This document shows, piece after piece, positions 20,230-29,885 of a stretch of 64,000 bases of DNA. Below the pieces are notes generated by a model, which did no database searches, was not told the origin of the DNA, and saw nothing but the letters and a program-made list of their open reading frames with translations. Position numbers and translations under genes: made by a program. Positions within the stretch are counted from its first letter, which is position 1. Every line of letters begins with the position of its first letter. Source of the stretch: Oscillospiraceae bacterium (lineage in GTDB: Bacteria > Bacillota > Clostridia > Oscillospirales > Oscillospiraceae); the NCBI GenBank assembly GCA_022846095.1, contig AP025583.1, positions 3,123,279 to 3,187,278 on the forward strand. Reading direction: 5' to 3'.

Positions 20230-20814
20230 ATGACTGAGCGGGAAAAGATGTTGGCCGGACAGCTTTATGATTGCGGCGATGCGGAATTATTGAAGCAATG
20301 GCACAAAGCGAAAGATTTAATGAGAGATTATAACAATACCGACTCGGCGGATATAGAGAAGAAGAAAAATATTTTAAAGCAGCTGTTGGGTGGAAGCGGA
20401 GATAGCCTTTGGATTACAGCCCCGTTCTATGTTGACTATGGCAACAATATTTACTTTGGGAATAACTGTGAAGTCAATATGAATTGTACTTTTTTAGATG
20501 ATAATATCATCCAAATTGGAAATAATGCGCTCATTGCGCCCAATGTGCAAATTTATACCGCATATCATCCAACAAACGCTATCGCCCGCTTCGGGCAGCC
20601 AGGACAAGATGGTTCCTTCGCGTTTTGTAAAACACAAACCGCGCCGGTTATCATTGGGGATCGTGTATGGATTGGGGGAGGGGCCATCATCATGCCGGGC
20701 GTTACGATTGGGGATAACGTCGTAATTGGGGCAGGGAGTGTCGTCACAAAAGATATTCCCAGCAATTCCATAGCATACGGAATTCCTTGCCGGGTGGTGA
20801 GGGAAAACAACTGA
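20230..20814 (+). CDS. maltose/galactoside O-acetyltransferase family (left-handed beta-helix hexapeptide repeats with Mac N-terminal domain)
   Basis: The N-terminal MAT/Mac-type domain (LAGQLYDCGDAELLKQWHKAKDLMRDYNNT) is followed by hexapeptide repeats (IGDRVWIGGGAIIMPGVTIGDNVVIGAGSVV). GAGGAG ribosome-binding site. Lies in the low-GC islet. Confidence 0.8.
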   Translation: MTEREKMLAGQLYDCGDAELLKQWHKAKDLMRDYNNTDSADIEKKKNILKQLLGGSGDSLWITAPFYVDYGNNIYFGNNCEVNMNCTFLDDNIIQIGNNALIAPNVQIYTAYHPTNAIARFGQPGQDGSFAFCKTQTAPVIIGDRVWIGGGAIIMPGVTIGDNVVIGAGSVVTKDIPSNSIAYGIPCRVVRENN

Positions 20815-20916
20815 ATTTCTGTAACGCACATTTTCCAATTTACCGGTTGTATTTATCCGCGCCATTGTGGTATCAGACGTAGTAACGACTCAACAAAAGT
20901 TGAAGGCGGGGACGGA

Positions 20917-21165
20917 ATGGACGAAAGAGAATTGCTCGAGCACCTGGATCGGCTGCACACAACGGATATGGGGGCCGCCAGGATCAAGCGGAACCTGGCG
21001 CTTACGGCGCCCGACGCCGTGGCCTGGTGCAGGGATCGCATCCTGCGCCCGGACGCGCGGATTACGCGCGCGGGCAAGAACTGGTATATCGCCACAGACG
21101 GCTGCCGGATCACCGTGAACGCCTCCAGCTACACGGTCATCACGGCCCACAAGGAGGAGACTTGA
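20917..21165 (+). CDS. DUF3781-like small protein
   Basis: 82-aa ORF carrying the LHTTDMG motif region. Family assignment is from memory only. Confidence 0.45.
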   Translation: MDERELLEHLDRLHTTDMGAARIKRNLALTAPDAVAWCRDRILRPDARITRAGKNWYIATDGCRITVNASSYTVITAHKEET

Positions 21166-21168
21166 GGC

Positions 21169-21591
21169 ATGGCGGACACAAACATCAAGCTGTACATGGT
21201 CACGATGGACTGCAAGGACCCCTACGCGCTGGCAAAATTCTACGCGGATCTGCTCCAATGGGTCATCCCGTTCCACGACGAGGACTGGGCCTGCGTGGGC
21301 CCCCCGGGGACGGAGCAGGGGGCCTACCCCGGCATCACGTTCCAGCGCAATCCCGCGTACGTCCCGCCCGTGTGGCCGGAGCAGCCCGGGGCCCAGCAGA
21401 CGATGGCGCACCTGGATTTCGCCGTCAACGATTTGGAGGCGGCGGTGCTGGCCGCCGTGGGCTGCGGGGCCCGGGTGGCGGACGGGCAGTGCTCCGACGG
21501 CTGGACGGTCATGCTCGACCCCGCCGGGCACCCCTTCTGCCTGTGCGGGATGGGGCCGCTCTTCGACAGCCCGCATTTCGCGCTGCGATAG
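21169..21591 (+). CDS. VOC (glyoxalase/bleomycin-resistance fold) family protein
   Basis: 140 aa. AGGAGGAGA ribosome-binding site. Typical paired beta-alpha-beta-beta-beta VOC sequence features, including the HLDFAVNDLEAAV region. Confidence 0.6.
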   Translation: MADTNIKLYMVTMDCKDPYALAKFYADLLQWVIPFHDEDWACVGPPGTEQGAYPGITFQRNPAYVPPVWPEQPGAQQTMAHLDFAVNDLEAAVLAAVGCGARVADGQCSDGWTVMLDPAGHPFCLCGMGPLFDSPHFALR

Positions 21592-21605
21592 CAAAAAAAC
21601 CTGAA

Positions 21606-21645
21606 AACCGGGGGCCGCTTACAAGCGGCCCCCGGTTTTTGTCCG
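21606..21645. terminator. bidirectional rho-independent terminator
   Basis: Hairpin aaaaccgggggccgcttacaagcggcccccggttttt between convergent genes. Confidence 0.7.
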
Positions 21646-21647
21646 TT

Positions 21648-22112
21648 CTACTCCTCCGGCCTGCCCCGCACCGGGCTGCGGGTGAAGTCGGGGGTAATCT
21701 TGTTGGCCTCCAGGATGTCCCCCAGCGCGTCCACGTACTTCTCCGCCTTGTGGACGGCGAAATTGTTGGCGTCGATGGGGATGTCCAGCTCGTCCATGCG
21801 CCGGATGCTCCAGATATAGAGCATGTCCAGCGCGGGGATGACCTTCTCCCCCGCCGGGGTGAGCACGTACTCCACCTTGGGGGGCACCGTGTCGTAGGAG
21901 ATCCGGCGCACCAGCCCGTCCTCCGCCAGCTCCTTAAGCTGCTGGCTGAACACCTTCTCCGAGATGGGCAGCTCCTTCAGCGTCTGGTTGAAGCGGATGC
22001 TGCCCCAGATGTAGATCTCGTGGAGAATGGTCATCTTCCATTTCCCGCCGATACAGTGGCGGATATAGTGGTAGGGGTTCACCGGCTCTTCCATCTCCGT
22101 ACGGGTTGCCAT
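21648..22112 (-). CDS. HxlR-family winged-helix transcriptional regulator
   Basis: 154 aa. HxlR/DUF24-type HTH core (CIGGKWKMTILHEIYIWGSIRFNQTLKELPISEKVFSQQLKELAEDGLVRR). Confidence 0.75.
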   Translation of the reverse strand: MATRTEMEEPVNPYHYIRHCIGGKWKMTILHEIYIWGSIRFNQTLKELPISEKVFSQQLKELAEDGLVRRISYDTVPPKVEYVLTPAGEKVIPALDMLYIWSIRRMDELDIPIDANNFAVHKAEKYVDALGDILEANKITPDFTRSPVRGRPEE

Positions 22113-22454
22113 CGCTCTCCCACCCTTCCTGTTAAAACTTTAACCATAGTATACCGTGTTTTATCCCCGGGGACAAGAGGCGCGTGACGGCGGCCGCCAA
22201 ATCTTTCGCCTGCTATTTGTACAGACTGTACAGTATAAATCACCATTTTTCGTCATGTCTCCCAAATTATAAGCCCGGCTTATCGTCGCCTTGTACAAAA
22301 ATCAGCTACTTACCATTTGGTATCTGCTTACTTTTTGGTAATTTGATTACATTCTTGTGCGTATTGCACGTTTTATTTGTACACTTTATACTAACGCCAG
22401 AAGCGAAGGGGGCGGCGAGAGCCCCCAATCAGACAGTGAAAGGATGATCGTCAA

Positions 22455-22808
22455 ATGATCAAGCGCACTCTGGAAGAGCTCAGCACCTATGAGGCCCCCG
22501 GCCACTTCGGCGTGTCCTGCATGCGGATTCACGGCAAGGAGGAGACCGGCGCCCAGAAGTTCTGGATCGGCCAGTCCGTGTTCCTGCCCGGCGGCGGCGC
22601 CGAGTACGCCTACGAGGACAACCCGCTGGAGAAGGTGTACTACGTGCTGGAGGGCGAAATGACCGTCACCGACAAGGCGGGCAAGAAGTACGTCATCCAC
22701 AAGGACGAGGCCATCTCCTTCCCCCCCAACGAGGGCCGCTACCTGAAGAACGAGACCAACCGCCCCGCGCGTATGCTGGTCATCATCAACTACCCCGACG
22801 CGCAGTAA
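22455..22808 (+). CDS. cupin domain protein
   Basis: 117 aa. Cupin beta-barrel motifs (FLPGGGAEYAYEDNPLEKVYYVLEGEM). Confidence 0.65.
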   Translation: MIKRTLEELSTYEAPGHFGVSCMRIHGKEETGAQKFWIGQSVFLPGGGAEYAYEDNPLEKVYYVLEGEMTVTDKAGKKYVIHKDEAISFPPNEGRYLKNETNRPARMLVIINYPDAQ

Positions 22809-22826
22809 AGAAGGAGGAACTACAAA

Positions 22827-23624
22827 ATGGCTATTAACGTGACCAAGAATCTGGTTGACAACCTGTTTTCCATTGAGGGCAAGGTCGCCATCGTCACCGG
22901 CGCCACCGGCGCCCTGGGCGGCGCCATCGCCATGGGCTACGGCCTGGCCGGCGCCAAGGTGGTGGCCACCGCCCGCAACGAGAAGAAGCTCCAGGCCGTG
23001 GTGGAGCAGGTCAAGGCCGCCGGCTGCGAGATCACCGGCTTTGTGGCCGACCCCGGCAGCGAGGCCGACGTGCAGAACCTCATCAAATGCGCGGTGGACA
23101 CCTACGGCGAGCTGAACATCCTGGCCGTCGCCCACGGCTTCAACAAGCCCCAGAACATGCTGGAGCAGTCCGTGGCCGACTGGCAGTACATCATGGACGC
23201 CGACCTGAAGAGCGTGTACGTGGTCTCCAAGTACGCCGCCCAGCAGATGGCCGACCAGGGCAAGGGCGGCAAGCTGGTGGTGGTCTCCTCCGCCCGCTCC
23301 AAGATGGGCATGGCCGGCTACACCGGATACTGCGCCAGCAAGGGCGCCTGCGACCTGATGATCCAGTCCATGGCCTGCGACCTGTCCGCCAAGTACAAGA
23401 TCAACGTCAACACCATCAACCCCACCGTCTTCCGCTCCGACCTGACCGAGTGGATGTTCGACCCCGAGTCCGCCGTGTACCAGAACTTCCTCAAGCGCCT
23501 GCCCATCGGCCGGCTGGGCGAGCCCGACGACTTCCTGGGCCTGGCCATCTTCCTGGCCGCCCCCGCCTCCGACTTCCTCACCGGCGGCAACTACGACGCC
23601 ACCGGCGGCTACTGGGCCTGCTAG
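22827..23624 (+). CDS. SDR-family NAD(P)-dependent oxidoreductase
   Basis: TGATGALG Rossmann motif and YxxxK catalytic motif (YCASK). Confidence 0.85.
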   Translation: MAINVTKNLVDNLFSIEGKVAIVTGATGALGGAIAMGYGLAGAKVVATARNEKKLQAVVEQVKAAGCEITGFVADPGSEADVQNLIKCAVDTYGELNILAVAHGFNKPQNMLEQSVADWQYIMDADLKSVYVVSKYAAQQMADQGKGGKLVVVSSARSKMGMAGYTGYCASKGACDLMIQSMACDLSAKYKINVNTINPTVFRSDLTEWMFDPESAVYQNFLKRLPIGRLGEPDDFLGLAIFLAAPASDFLTGGNYDATGGYWAC

Positions 23625-23666
23625 TAAAAAGCCCGCGGGCTTTTTACTGACAAGGAGGAAAACGAC

Positions 23667-24596
23667 TTGAAAAACATCAAAAACATTCTCATCTGCGGCG
23701 CGGGTATGATGGGCAAAAACATCGGCTTCGTCTTTGCGTCCAACCCGGACTTCAAAGTCGGCCTGTACGACCTGTACCCCACCGATGTTGAGGCGGGCAT
23801 CCGCGCCAACACGAGGCAGCTGGTGGAAAAGGGCGTACTGACCGAGCAGGAGCTCGCCGCGCGCCTGTCCCGCATCTCCTTCACCAGCGACATCGACAGC
23901 GCGCTGGTAAAGGACGCCGACCTCGTCATCGAGGCCGTGTTCGAGGACATGGGCATCAAGCGGGAGACCTTCGCCAAGCTGGAGGCGCGCTGCCGCCCGG
24001 ATACCATCTTCTGCACCAACTCCTCGGTGATGAGCCCCTCGGAGATCTCCGCGCAGCTCAAGCACCGGGAGCGCTTCGTGGGCACCCACTTCTGGAACCC
24101 CGGCCACCTCATCCCCCTGGTGGAGGTGGTCAAGTCGGACGCCTCCAGCGAGGAGACCGCCCAGACCGTCATGGAGGTGCTGCGCTCGGTGGGCAAGCGC
24201 CCGGTGCTGTGCAAAAAGGACGTGCCCGGCTTCATCGCCAACCGGATGCAGCACGCCCTGTGGCGGGAGGCCATCTCCATCGTGGAGCACGGCATCGCCG
24301 ACGCCGCCACCGTGGACGAGGCGGTGCGCTGCTCCTTCGGCCTGCGCCTGCCCCAGCTTGGGCCCATGGAGAACGCCGACATGGTGGGCACCGATCTGAC
24401 CTACAACATCCACGACTACATCCTGCGCGACCTGGAGTCCTCCCCCGAGCCCTCCCCCCTGCTCAGGCAGCTGCGGGACGAGGGGAAGCTGGGCTTCAAG
24501 TCCGGCGAGGGCTTCCAGAGCTGGACGCCCGACCAGGTGGCCCAGTCCAACGCGGAGCTCAACGACTACCTTATCCGTATGCTCTACGGAAAATAA
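23667..24596 (+). CDS. 3-hydroxyacyl-CoA dehydrogenase family protein (L-carnitine-DH-like NAD-binding + C-terminal domain)
   Basis: TTG start with AGGAGG ribosome-binding site. GAGMMG NAD motif and the HFWNP region, typical of the HCDH/CDH family. Confidence 0.75.
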   Translation: MKNIKNILICGAGMMGKNIGFVFASNPDFKVGLYDLYPTDVEAGIRANTRQLVEKGVLTEQELAARLSRISFTSDIDSALVKDADLVIEAVFEDMGIKRETFAKLEARCRPDTIFCTNSSVMSPSEISAQLKHRERFVGTHFWNPGHLIPLVEVVKSDASSEETAQTVMEVLRSVGKRPVLCKKDVPGFIANRMQHALWREAISIVEHGIADAATVDEAVRCSFGLRLPQLGPMENADMVGTDLTYNIHDYILRDLESSPEPSPLLRQLRDEGKLGFKSGEGFQSWTPDQVAQSNAELNDYLIRMLYGK

Positions 24597-24674
24597 CCCC
24601 TTCACCATCCCTCCCCCCTGGAACTACCCCTCACCAGAAGCCAACCCTTTACTAAATAAGGAGGAACCTATATT

Positions 24675-25688
24675 ATGGGTAAGAAAGTTTTCGTCGACCT
24701 GACCCACCCCTTCAGCGCCGAAATCCCCCGCTGGCCCTACTTTGACAAGCCCACCATCGACAACGCCCACACCATGGCCAAGGGCGGCGTACTGACCTCC
24801 AAGATCACCTGCACCATGCACACCGGCACCCACTGCGACGCCCCCCGCCACGTGATGGAGTACGAGTTCGACGGCCGCCGGGCCCGCTACACCCACGAGA
24901 TGCCCGTGGACGCCTACGCCGGCGAGGCCGTGGTGATCAAGCTGGACGTGGAGCCCTGGACCCTCATCAACGACAAGCACCTGGACGAGGCCTGCGCCAA
25001 GTGCGGCGTGGACCCCGACAGCCTGAAGGGCAAGGTGCTGTGCCTGAACACCGGCATGCACCGCCTGTTCGACGACTCCAAGGCCTACTACCACTACTCC
25101 ATCGGCACCGGCGTGGATGCCGGCAAGTGGTTCGTCAAGCACGGGGTGAAGTGCGTGGCCATGGACAGCCAGGCCCTGGACCACCCCCTGCACACCGCCA
25201 TGGGCAACAACGGCATGACCCGCATGAACCTGCTGGGCTCCACCGGCAAGCCCATCACCGAGGAGTACAAGGAGCTCTTCGGCGAGGAGGCCTACGCCGA
25301 GTTCGACAAGTTCGAGTACATCCGCATCCACGGCCAGGCCGCCTACGACGAGAAGTTCGGCGAGCTGGAGGACCTGGGCATCTGGGGCACCTGGGAGCCC
25401 TGCCACAAGGAGATGCTGGGCCACGGCATCGTGGGCGTGGAGAACCTGGGCGGCGACCTGGACAAGATCCCCGCCGGCAAACCCTTCCACTTCTACTGCT
25501 TCCCCCTGCGCTGGTACATGGGCGACGGCGCCATGGCCCGCTGCGTGGCCGAGATCGACGAGGACGAGATCGACAAGTCCGTGCCCGACCGTACCTACAA
25601 GTACGGCGGCACCGGCTACGCCGAGGAGTCCGGCAACGGCGGCAGCGGCCTGGAGTACATGCGCAAGCTCTTCTCCCGCAACAAGTAA
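24675..25688 (+). CDS. cyclase family protein (kynurenine-formamidase-like metal hydrolase)
   Basis: HTGTHCDAPRH matches the HxGTHxDxPxH cyclase-family metal-binding motif. Confidence 0.7.
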   Translation: MGKKVFVDLTHPFSAEIPRWPYFDKPTIDNAHTMAKGGVLTSKITCTMHTGTHCDAPRHVMEYEFDGRRARYTHEMPVDAYAGEAVVIKLDVEPWTLINDKHLDEACAKCGVDPDSLKGKVLCLNTGMHRLFDDSKAYYHYSIGTGVDAGKWFVKHGVKCVAMDSQALDHPLHTAMGNNGMTRMNLLGSTGKPITEEYKELFGEEAYAEFDKFEYIRIHGQAAYDEKFGELEDLGIWGTWEPCHKEMLGHGIVGVENLGGDLDKIPAGKPFHFYCFPLRWYMGDGAMARCVAEIDEDEIDKSVPDRTYKYGGTGYAEESGNGGSGLEYMRKLFSRNK

Positions 25689-25827
25689 GAATTCAATGCC
25701 CGTCACGGGCGGGGAACGCCTCCGGCTTCCCCGCCCTTTGTGGGTGCAACCCCGCCGGCCCGGTCCTCTGTTTCTCTGTTAACGGTGAGCGGGGCTAAAT
25801 TTTGACTCAAGGAGAGAAACCTATTTT

Positions 25828-27150
25828 ATGAAGAAGGTAAACAGTCTGCCTGACGGCAACAAGAACTCCATTTTCCGCTTCGGCGGCTGGGGATGGCTCA
25901 CCATCATCTACTGCCTGCTGATGTTCTTCCTCTACGTGGGCATGTGCAACGACGGCTCCAACATCTCCGCCCCCAACGTGGCCGCCGCCCTGGGCGTGGA
26001 AAACGGGCTCATCATGAACATGAACTCCGTCGCCGGCCTGGTGGGCGTGGTGTTCTTCATCATCGCCGGGCAGATTAACCGCAAGATCGGCCCCCGCCTC
26101 ACCTCCGGCATCTGCACCATCGTGGCCGGCATCGCCTACATCATCGCCTGCAACGCCCCCAGCGTGCCCCTGTACTGCGCCGCCATGTGCTTCGTGTACG
26201 GCGGCATCATGTCTGCGGGCTACGTGGCCGGCGGCACCCTGGTGGCCTCCTGGTTCCCCAAGAAGAAGGGCATCGTCATGGGCTACACCACCATGGGCCA
26301 TAACTTCGCCTCCGCCTTCTACGTGCAGCTCGTCTCCATCCTCATCGGGCCCACCGTGCTCAAGAACATCGGCGCGGGCGTGGTGCCCATCGGCATCGCC
26401 GCCGTGGTGCTGGGCGTGCTGGGCATGATCTTCATCCGCAACACCCCCCAGGAGCGCGGCCTCAACCCCGACAACGTGTCCGACGACATCTATCAGAACG
26501 AGTACGACACCGTGGACGACGTGAGCGACGGCGGCTGGACCACCGGCAAGCTGCTGAAAACCCGTGAACTCTGGCTGGCCGCAATTACCACCGGTTTCTT
26601 CCAGATCTGCTCCGTGGGCGTCATGAGCCAGCTGGTGCTGCGCAACGTGGAGCTGGGCCTGGACCAGCAGTCCGCCCTGAACGTGATGACCGTGCTGGCC
26701 CTGGGCGGCGTGGTCGGCTCCTGGCTGGTGGGCGTCATCGACGAGAAGCTGGGTACCAAGAAGACCATGATCGGCTTCGGCGTGTGGTACTGCATCGCCC
26801 TGCTGCTCAACTTCACCGCCGTGGACCACATGACCCCCCTGGTCTATGTCTCCCTGTTCATGATCGCCATGGGCATCGGCGGCTCCGCCAACTTCACCAC
26901 CTCCCTGCCCACCTCCATCTTCGGCCGCCACGGCTTTGACAAGGTCAATTCCGTCATCTTCCCCATCCAGGGCGCTATCACCGCCCTGTGCTTCGCCGTC
27001 AACGGCATCGTGCAGCTGCTCACCGGCGGCCAGATCCGCATGGCCTACCTGGTGTTCGCGGGCGTGGCCCTGGTCAACGTGCTGCTGGTGCTGACGGTGG
27101 ACGAGCACAAGTACAACCGCGACTGGAAGGCCGCGGCCCAGAAGCACTAA
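25828..27150 (+). CDS. MFS transporter (OFA-like)
   Basis: 440 aa with 12 predicted TM helices. Confidence 0.8.
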   Translation: MKKVNSLPDGNKNSIFRFGGWGWLTIIYCLLMFFLYVGMCNDGSNISAPNVAAALGVENGLIMNMNSVAGLVGVVFFIIAGQINRKIGPRLTSGICTIVAGIAYIIACNAPSVPLYCAAMCFVYGGIMSAGYVAGGTLVASWFPKKKGIVMGYTTMGHNFASAFYVQLVSILIGPTVLKNIGAGVVPIGIAAVVLGVLGMIFIRNTPQERGLNPDNVSDDIYQNEYDTVDDVSDGGWTTGKLLKTRELWLAAITTGFFQICSVGVMSQLVLRNVELGLDQQSALNVMTVLALGGVVGSWLVGVIDEKLGTKKTMIGFGVWYCIALLLNFTAVDHMTPLVYVSLFMIAMGIGGSANFTTSLPTSIFGRHGFDKVNSVIFPIQGAITALCFAVNGIVQLLTGGQIRMAYLVFAGVALVNVLLVLTVDEHKYNRDWKAAAQKH

Positions 27151-27175
27151 CACTACGTTTTAAGAGGGTATTGCC

Positions 27176-28018
27176 ATGACGAACAAGCTGATTATCACCG
27201 TGGCCACCACCGGCGCGTGGCCCAAGAAGGAAAATAACCCCAACGTGCCCATGACCCCAGCGGAGATCGCCGAGGACGTGTTCGCCTGCTGGAAGGCGGG
27301 CGCCGCCGTGGCCCACCTGCACATGCGGGACGACGCGGGCAACGGCACCATGGACGCGGCCAAGTTCCGGGAGACCGTGGCGCTGCTGCGCAAAAACCAC
27401 CCGGAGTGCGACATCATTCTGAACATGACCACCTCGGGCGATTTGAACGCCACCGACGAGACCCGGCAGGCCCACCTGCAGGAGCTGCGCCCCGAGATGG
27501 GCTCCTACGACTGCGGCAGCATGAACTGGCTCAACTCCAGCCTCTTCCTCAACCCCCCCAAATTCCTGGAGGAGCTGGGCCGGAACATGCAGGCGTGGAA
27601 CGTGAAGCCCGAGATCGAGGCCTTCGACCCCGGCATGATCGCCAACGCCGCCTACTACCTGAAAAAGGGCGTGCTCAAGGCCCCCCTGCACTTCCAGTTC
27701 TGCATGGGCTGCGCCAACGGCATCCCCGGCTCCATGAAGAACCTGCTGTTCATGAAGGAGACCATGGACACCCTCTGCCCCGGCTCCACCTGGAGCTGCT
27801 TCGGCGTGGGCCACTCCGCCATGGAGATGCTCTACGGCGCCGTGGCCCTGGGCGGGCACATCCGCGTGGGCATGGAGGACAACGTCATGTACGCCAAGGG
27901 CCAGCTGGCCCAGAGCAACGTGCAGTTCGTGGAGCGGGCCCGCCGCGTCAGCGAGGAGTACGGCCGCCCCATCGCCACCCCTGACGAGGCCCGCGCGATC
28001 CTGGGCCTGGGCAACTAG
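27176..28018 (+). CDS. BKACE-family beta-keto acid cleavage enzyme (DUF849; 3-keto-5-aminohexanoate cleavage enzyme-like)
   Basis: 280-aa TIM-barrel protein with family-typical N-terminus (LIITVATTGAWPKKENNPNVPMTPAEIAED), ...HLHMRD..., and the GHIRVGMEDN Zn-ligand region. Confidence 0.75.
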   Translation: MTNKLIITVATTGAWPKKENNPNVPMTPAEIAEDVFACWKAGAAVAHLHMRDDAGNGTMDAAKFRETVALLRKNHPECDIILNMTTSGDLNATDETRQAHLQELRPEMGSYDCGSMNWLNSSLFLNPPKFLEELGRNMQAWNVKPEIEAFDPGMIANAAYYLKKGVLKAPLHFQFCMGCANGIPGSMKNLLFMKETMDTLCPGSTWSCFGVGHSAMEMLYGAVALGGHIRVGMEDNVMYAKGQLAQSNVQFVERARRVSEEYGRPIATPDEARAILGLGN

Positions 28019-28019
28019 C

Positions 28020-28208
28020 ATGAGCTGGGGCGCCTGCTACATGTACTACCGCTGCCCCGCCTGCGGGAAGCGCTTCAAGTACGCCACCGACCTCATCCCC
28101 GTGTTCGGGCCGGACTTCGGGCGCTGCCCGGACTGCGGCGGCGCGGGCGACTACGAGAAGGACGGCGCCCGCACCCCCGACGACGCGCTCTACGAGGAAG
28201 TGGAGTAA
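28020..28208 (+). CDS. small zinc-ribbon protein
   Basis: 62 aa with two CxxC pairs (CPACGK ... CPDCGG). Start overlaps the BKACE stop, suggesting translational coupling. Confidence 0.45.
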   Translation: MSWGACYMYYRCPACGKRFKYATDLIPVFGPDFGRCPDCGGAGDYEKDGARTPDDALYEEVE

Positions 28209-28343
28209 GGGCGGGCATCACTCAAACCATCCCCACTCTGGCCCCCTTATGAAGGGGGCTGCCGCCGCAGCGGCTGGGGGATCTGACCCCTCCGCCCGCT
28301 CTGCGGGCACCTCCCCTCATAGGGGAGGTCTTGAGCCGCCATA

Positions 28344-28397
28344 TCCCCCTTCATGAAAGCGGGAGGGCGCGTCCAATTGGACGCGCCCTCCCGCTTT
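28344..28397. terminator. bidirectional rho-independent terminator (long perfect hairpin)
   Basis: Hairpin aaagcgggagggcgcgtcc-aattg-gacgcgccctcccgcttt. Two shorter hairpins lie upstream at 28240-28330. Confidence 0.7.
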
Positions 28398-28410
28398 CAT
28401 TTTCCCTTTT

Positions 28411-29658
28411 CTATTGCAGGAACGCCCGGTACTCGTCCGCTGCGCGCACCCGGCCCACCGCCGAGAGGGAGGCGCGCTTGAAGTCAAACAGCTCCTCCGC
28501 CAGCGCCCGGACGCCCTGGGCCGTCACCGCGTCGTAGTGTGCGATGATCTGCTCCGGCTCCAGCACCCGGCCCTGCATCAGCTCGCCCCGGCCCAGGTTG
28601 CTCATGTGGGCCTGGGTGGACTCCAGCCCCATGAGCACGTTGGCCTTGGACTGCTCCCGCGCCCGGTCCAGCTCCGCCGGGGTGACCCCGTGCTGCGTGA
28701 AGTCCCGCACCGCGGCGCAGATGGTCTCCAGCGCCTCCCGCTCGGTCTCCTTCCCCAGGGCGGTGTAGATGGCGAAAAGCCCCGTCTCCGCGTGGCCCGC
28801 GCCGTAGGAGTAGATGGAGTAGCACAGCCCGCGCTGCTCCCGCACCTGCTGCCACAGCCGGGAGGACATGCCGCCCCCCAGCAGGGAGGACAGCAGCTGG
28901 AGCGTGAAGCGCCGTTCGTCCCCATAGGCCAGGCCCGGGAAGGCCAGGGTGATGTGGTTTTGCTCGATGGCCTTCTTCTTCACCACCACCGCCGGGGCGT
29001 AGGCCACCGGCTTCACCGGGGGCAGCGCGCCCCCCGCCATGGCCGAGAAGCGCTCCTTCAGCCCCTCCACGTCCGCCGGGGTGAAGCTGCCCGCCAGGGA
29101 CACCACCACGTCCCCGGGCAGATAGCGGGCGGCCATATACTCCTTCAGCCACGCCCCCGTCATCTTCTCCAGGGTGGCGGCCCTGCCCAGGATGGGCCGG
29201 GCCAGAGGGGTGCCCTTGTAGACCGCGGAGAGCAGCCGCTCGGCGCACAGGTCCTCCGGATTGTCCTCGTACATGCCGATCTCCTCCAGGATGACCCCCC
29301 GCTCAGTGGCCACGTCCGCCTCGTCGAAGCGGGAGGAGAAGAACATATCGCACAGGATGTCGGCCGCCCGGGGCAGGTGCACGTCCAGCACCCGGGCGTG
29401 GAAGCAGGTGCACTCCTTGGTGGTGAAGGCGTTGACCTGCCCGCCCACCGCGTCCATCTCCTCGGCCAGCTCCGCCGCGGTGCGGCGGGCGGTGCCCTTG
29501 AACACCATGTGCTCGATGAAATGGGCGGCGCCGTTCTCCGCCGCCTTTTCGTGGCGGGAGCCGCTGCCCACCCAGATGCCCAGCGCCGCCGAGCGAACGC
29601 CGGGCACCGCCTCGGTCAGAATACGCACGCCGTTGGGAAGTGTGATTTTTTCGTACAT
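28411..29658 (-). CDS. M16-family zinc metallopeptidase (pitrilysin/insulinase-like)
   Basis: Inverted zinc motif HFIEH near the N-terminus, and the ~415-aa two-domain size. Confidence 0.85.
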   Translation of the reverse strand: MYEKITLPNGVRILTEAVPGVRSAALGIWVGSGSRHEKAAENGAAHFIEHMVFKGTARRTAAELAEEMDAVGGQVNAFTTKECTCFHARVLDVHLPRAADILCDMFFSSRFDEADVATERGVILEEIGMYEDNPEDLCAERLLSAVYKGTPLARPILGRAATLEKMTGAWLKEYMAARYLPGDVVVSLAGSFTPADVEGLKERFSAMAGGALPPVKPVAYAPAVVVKKKAIEQNHITLAFPGLAYGDERRFTLQLLSSLLGGGMSSRLWQQVREQRGLCYSIYSYGAGHAETGLFAIYTALGKETEREALETICAAVRDFTQHGVTPAELDRAREQSKANVLMGLESTQAHMSNLGRGELMQGRVLEPEQIIAHYDAVTAQGVRALAEELFDFKRASLSAVGRVRAADEYRAFLQ

Positions 29659-29826
29659 GTCCTACCTCGTTTGCTTTTTTTCTATATTATATCCACCGGG
29701 CGGATACAATGCAAGCATTCCCGCGTGCGGCGGAGATAAAACGAGCATTTTTGAGAAAACAAAAGCTACGGCCTGCGCAGCATCCCGGTTGAACCCCCGG
29801 GGCCTGAAACGGTCGTTTTACGCGCT

Positions 29827-29855
29827 TTGACAATCACGTGATTGTTTTGTATAAT
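29827..29855 (+). promoter_or_regulatory. near-consensus sigma-A promoter with palindromic spacer operator candidate
   Basis: TTGACA, a 17-nt spacer, then TATAAT. The spacer contains the perfect 12-bp palindrome AATCACGTGATT. Lies 30 nt upstream of the DUF1836 gene start. Confidence 0.65.
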
Positions 29856-29885
29856 CTAGTTACCCTAAGAGAAGGAGGAAGGACT

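Noticed and set aside
22386-24608. 740-aa minus-strand ORF opposite the SDR/HCDH genes
   Set aside because: Antisense artefact in GC-rich DNA. The plus-strand genes have ribosome-binding sites and clear family motifs.
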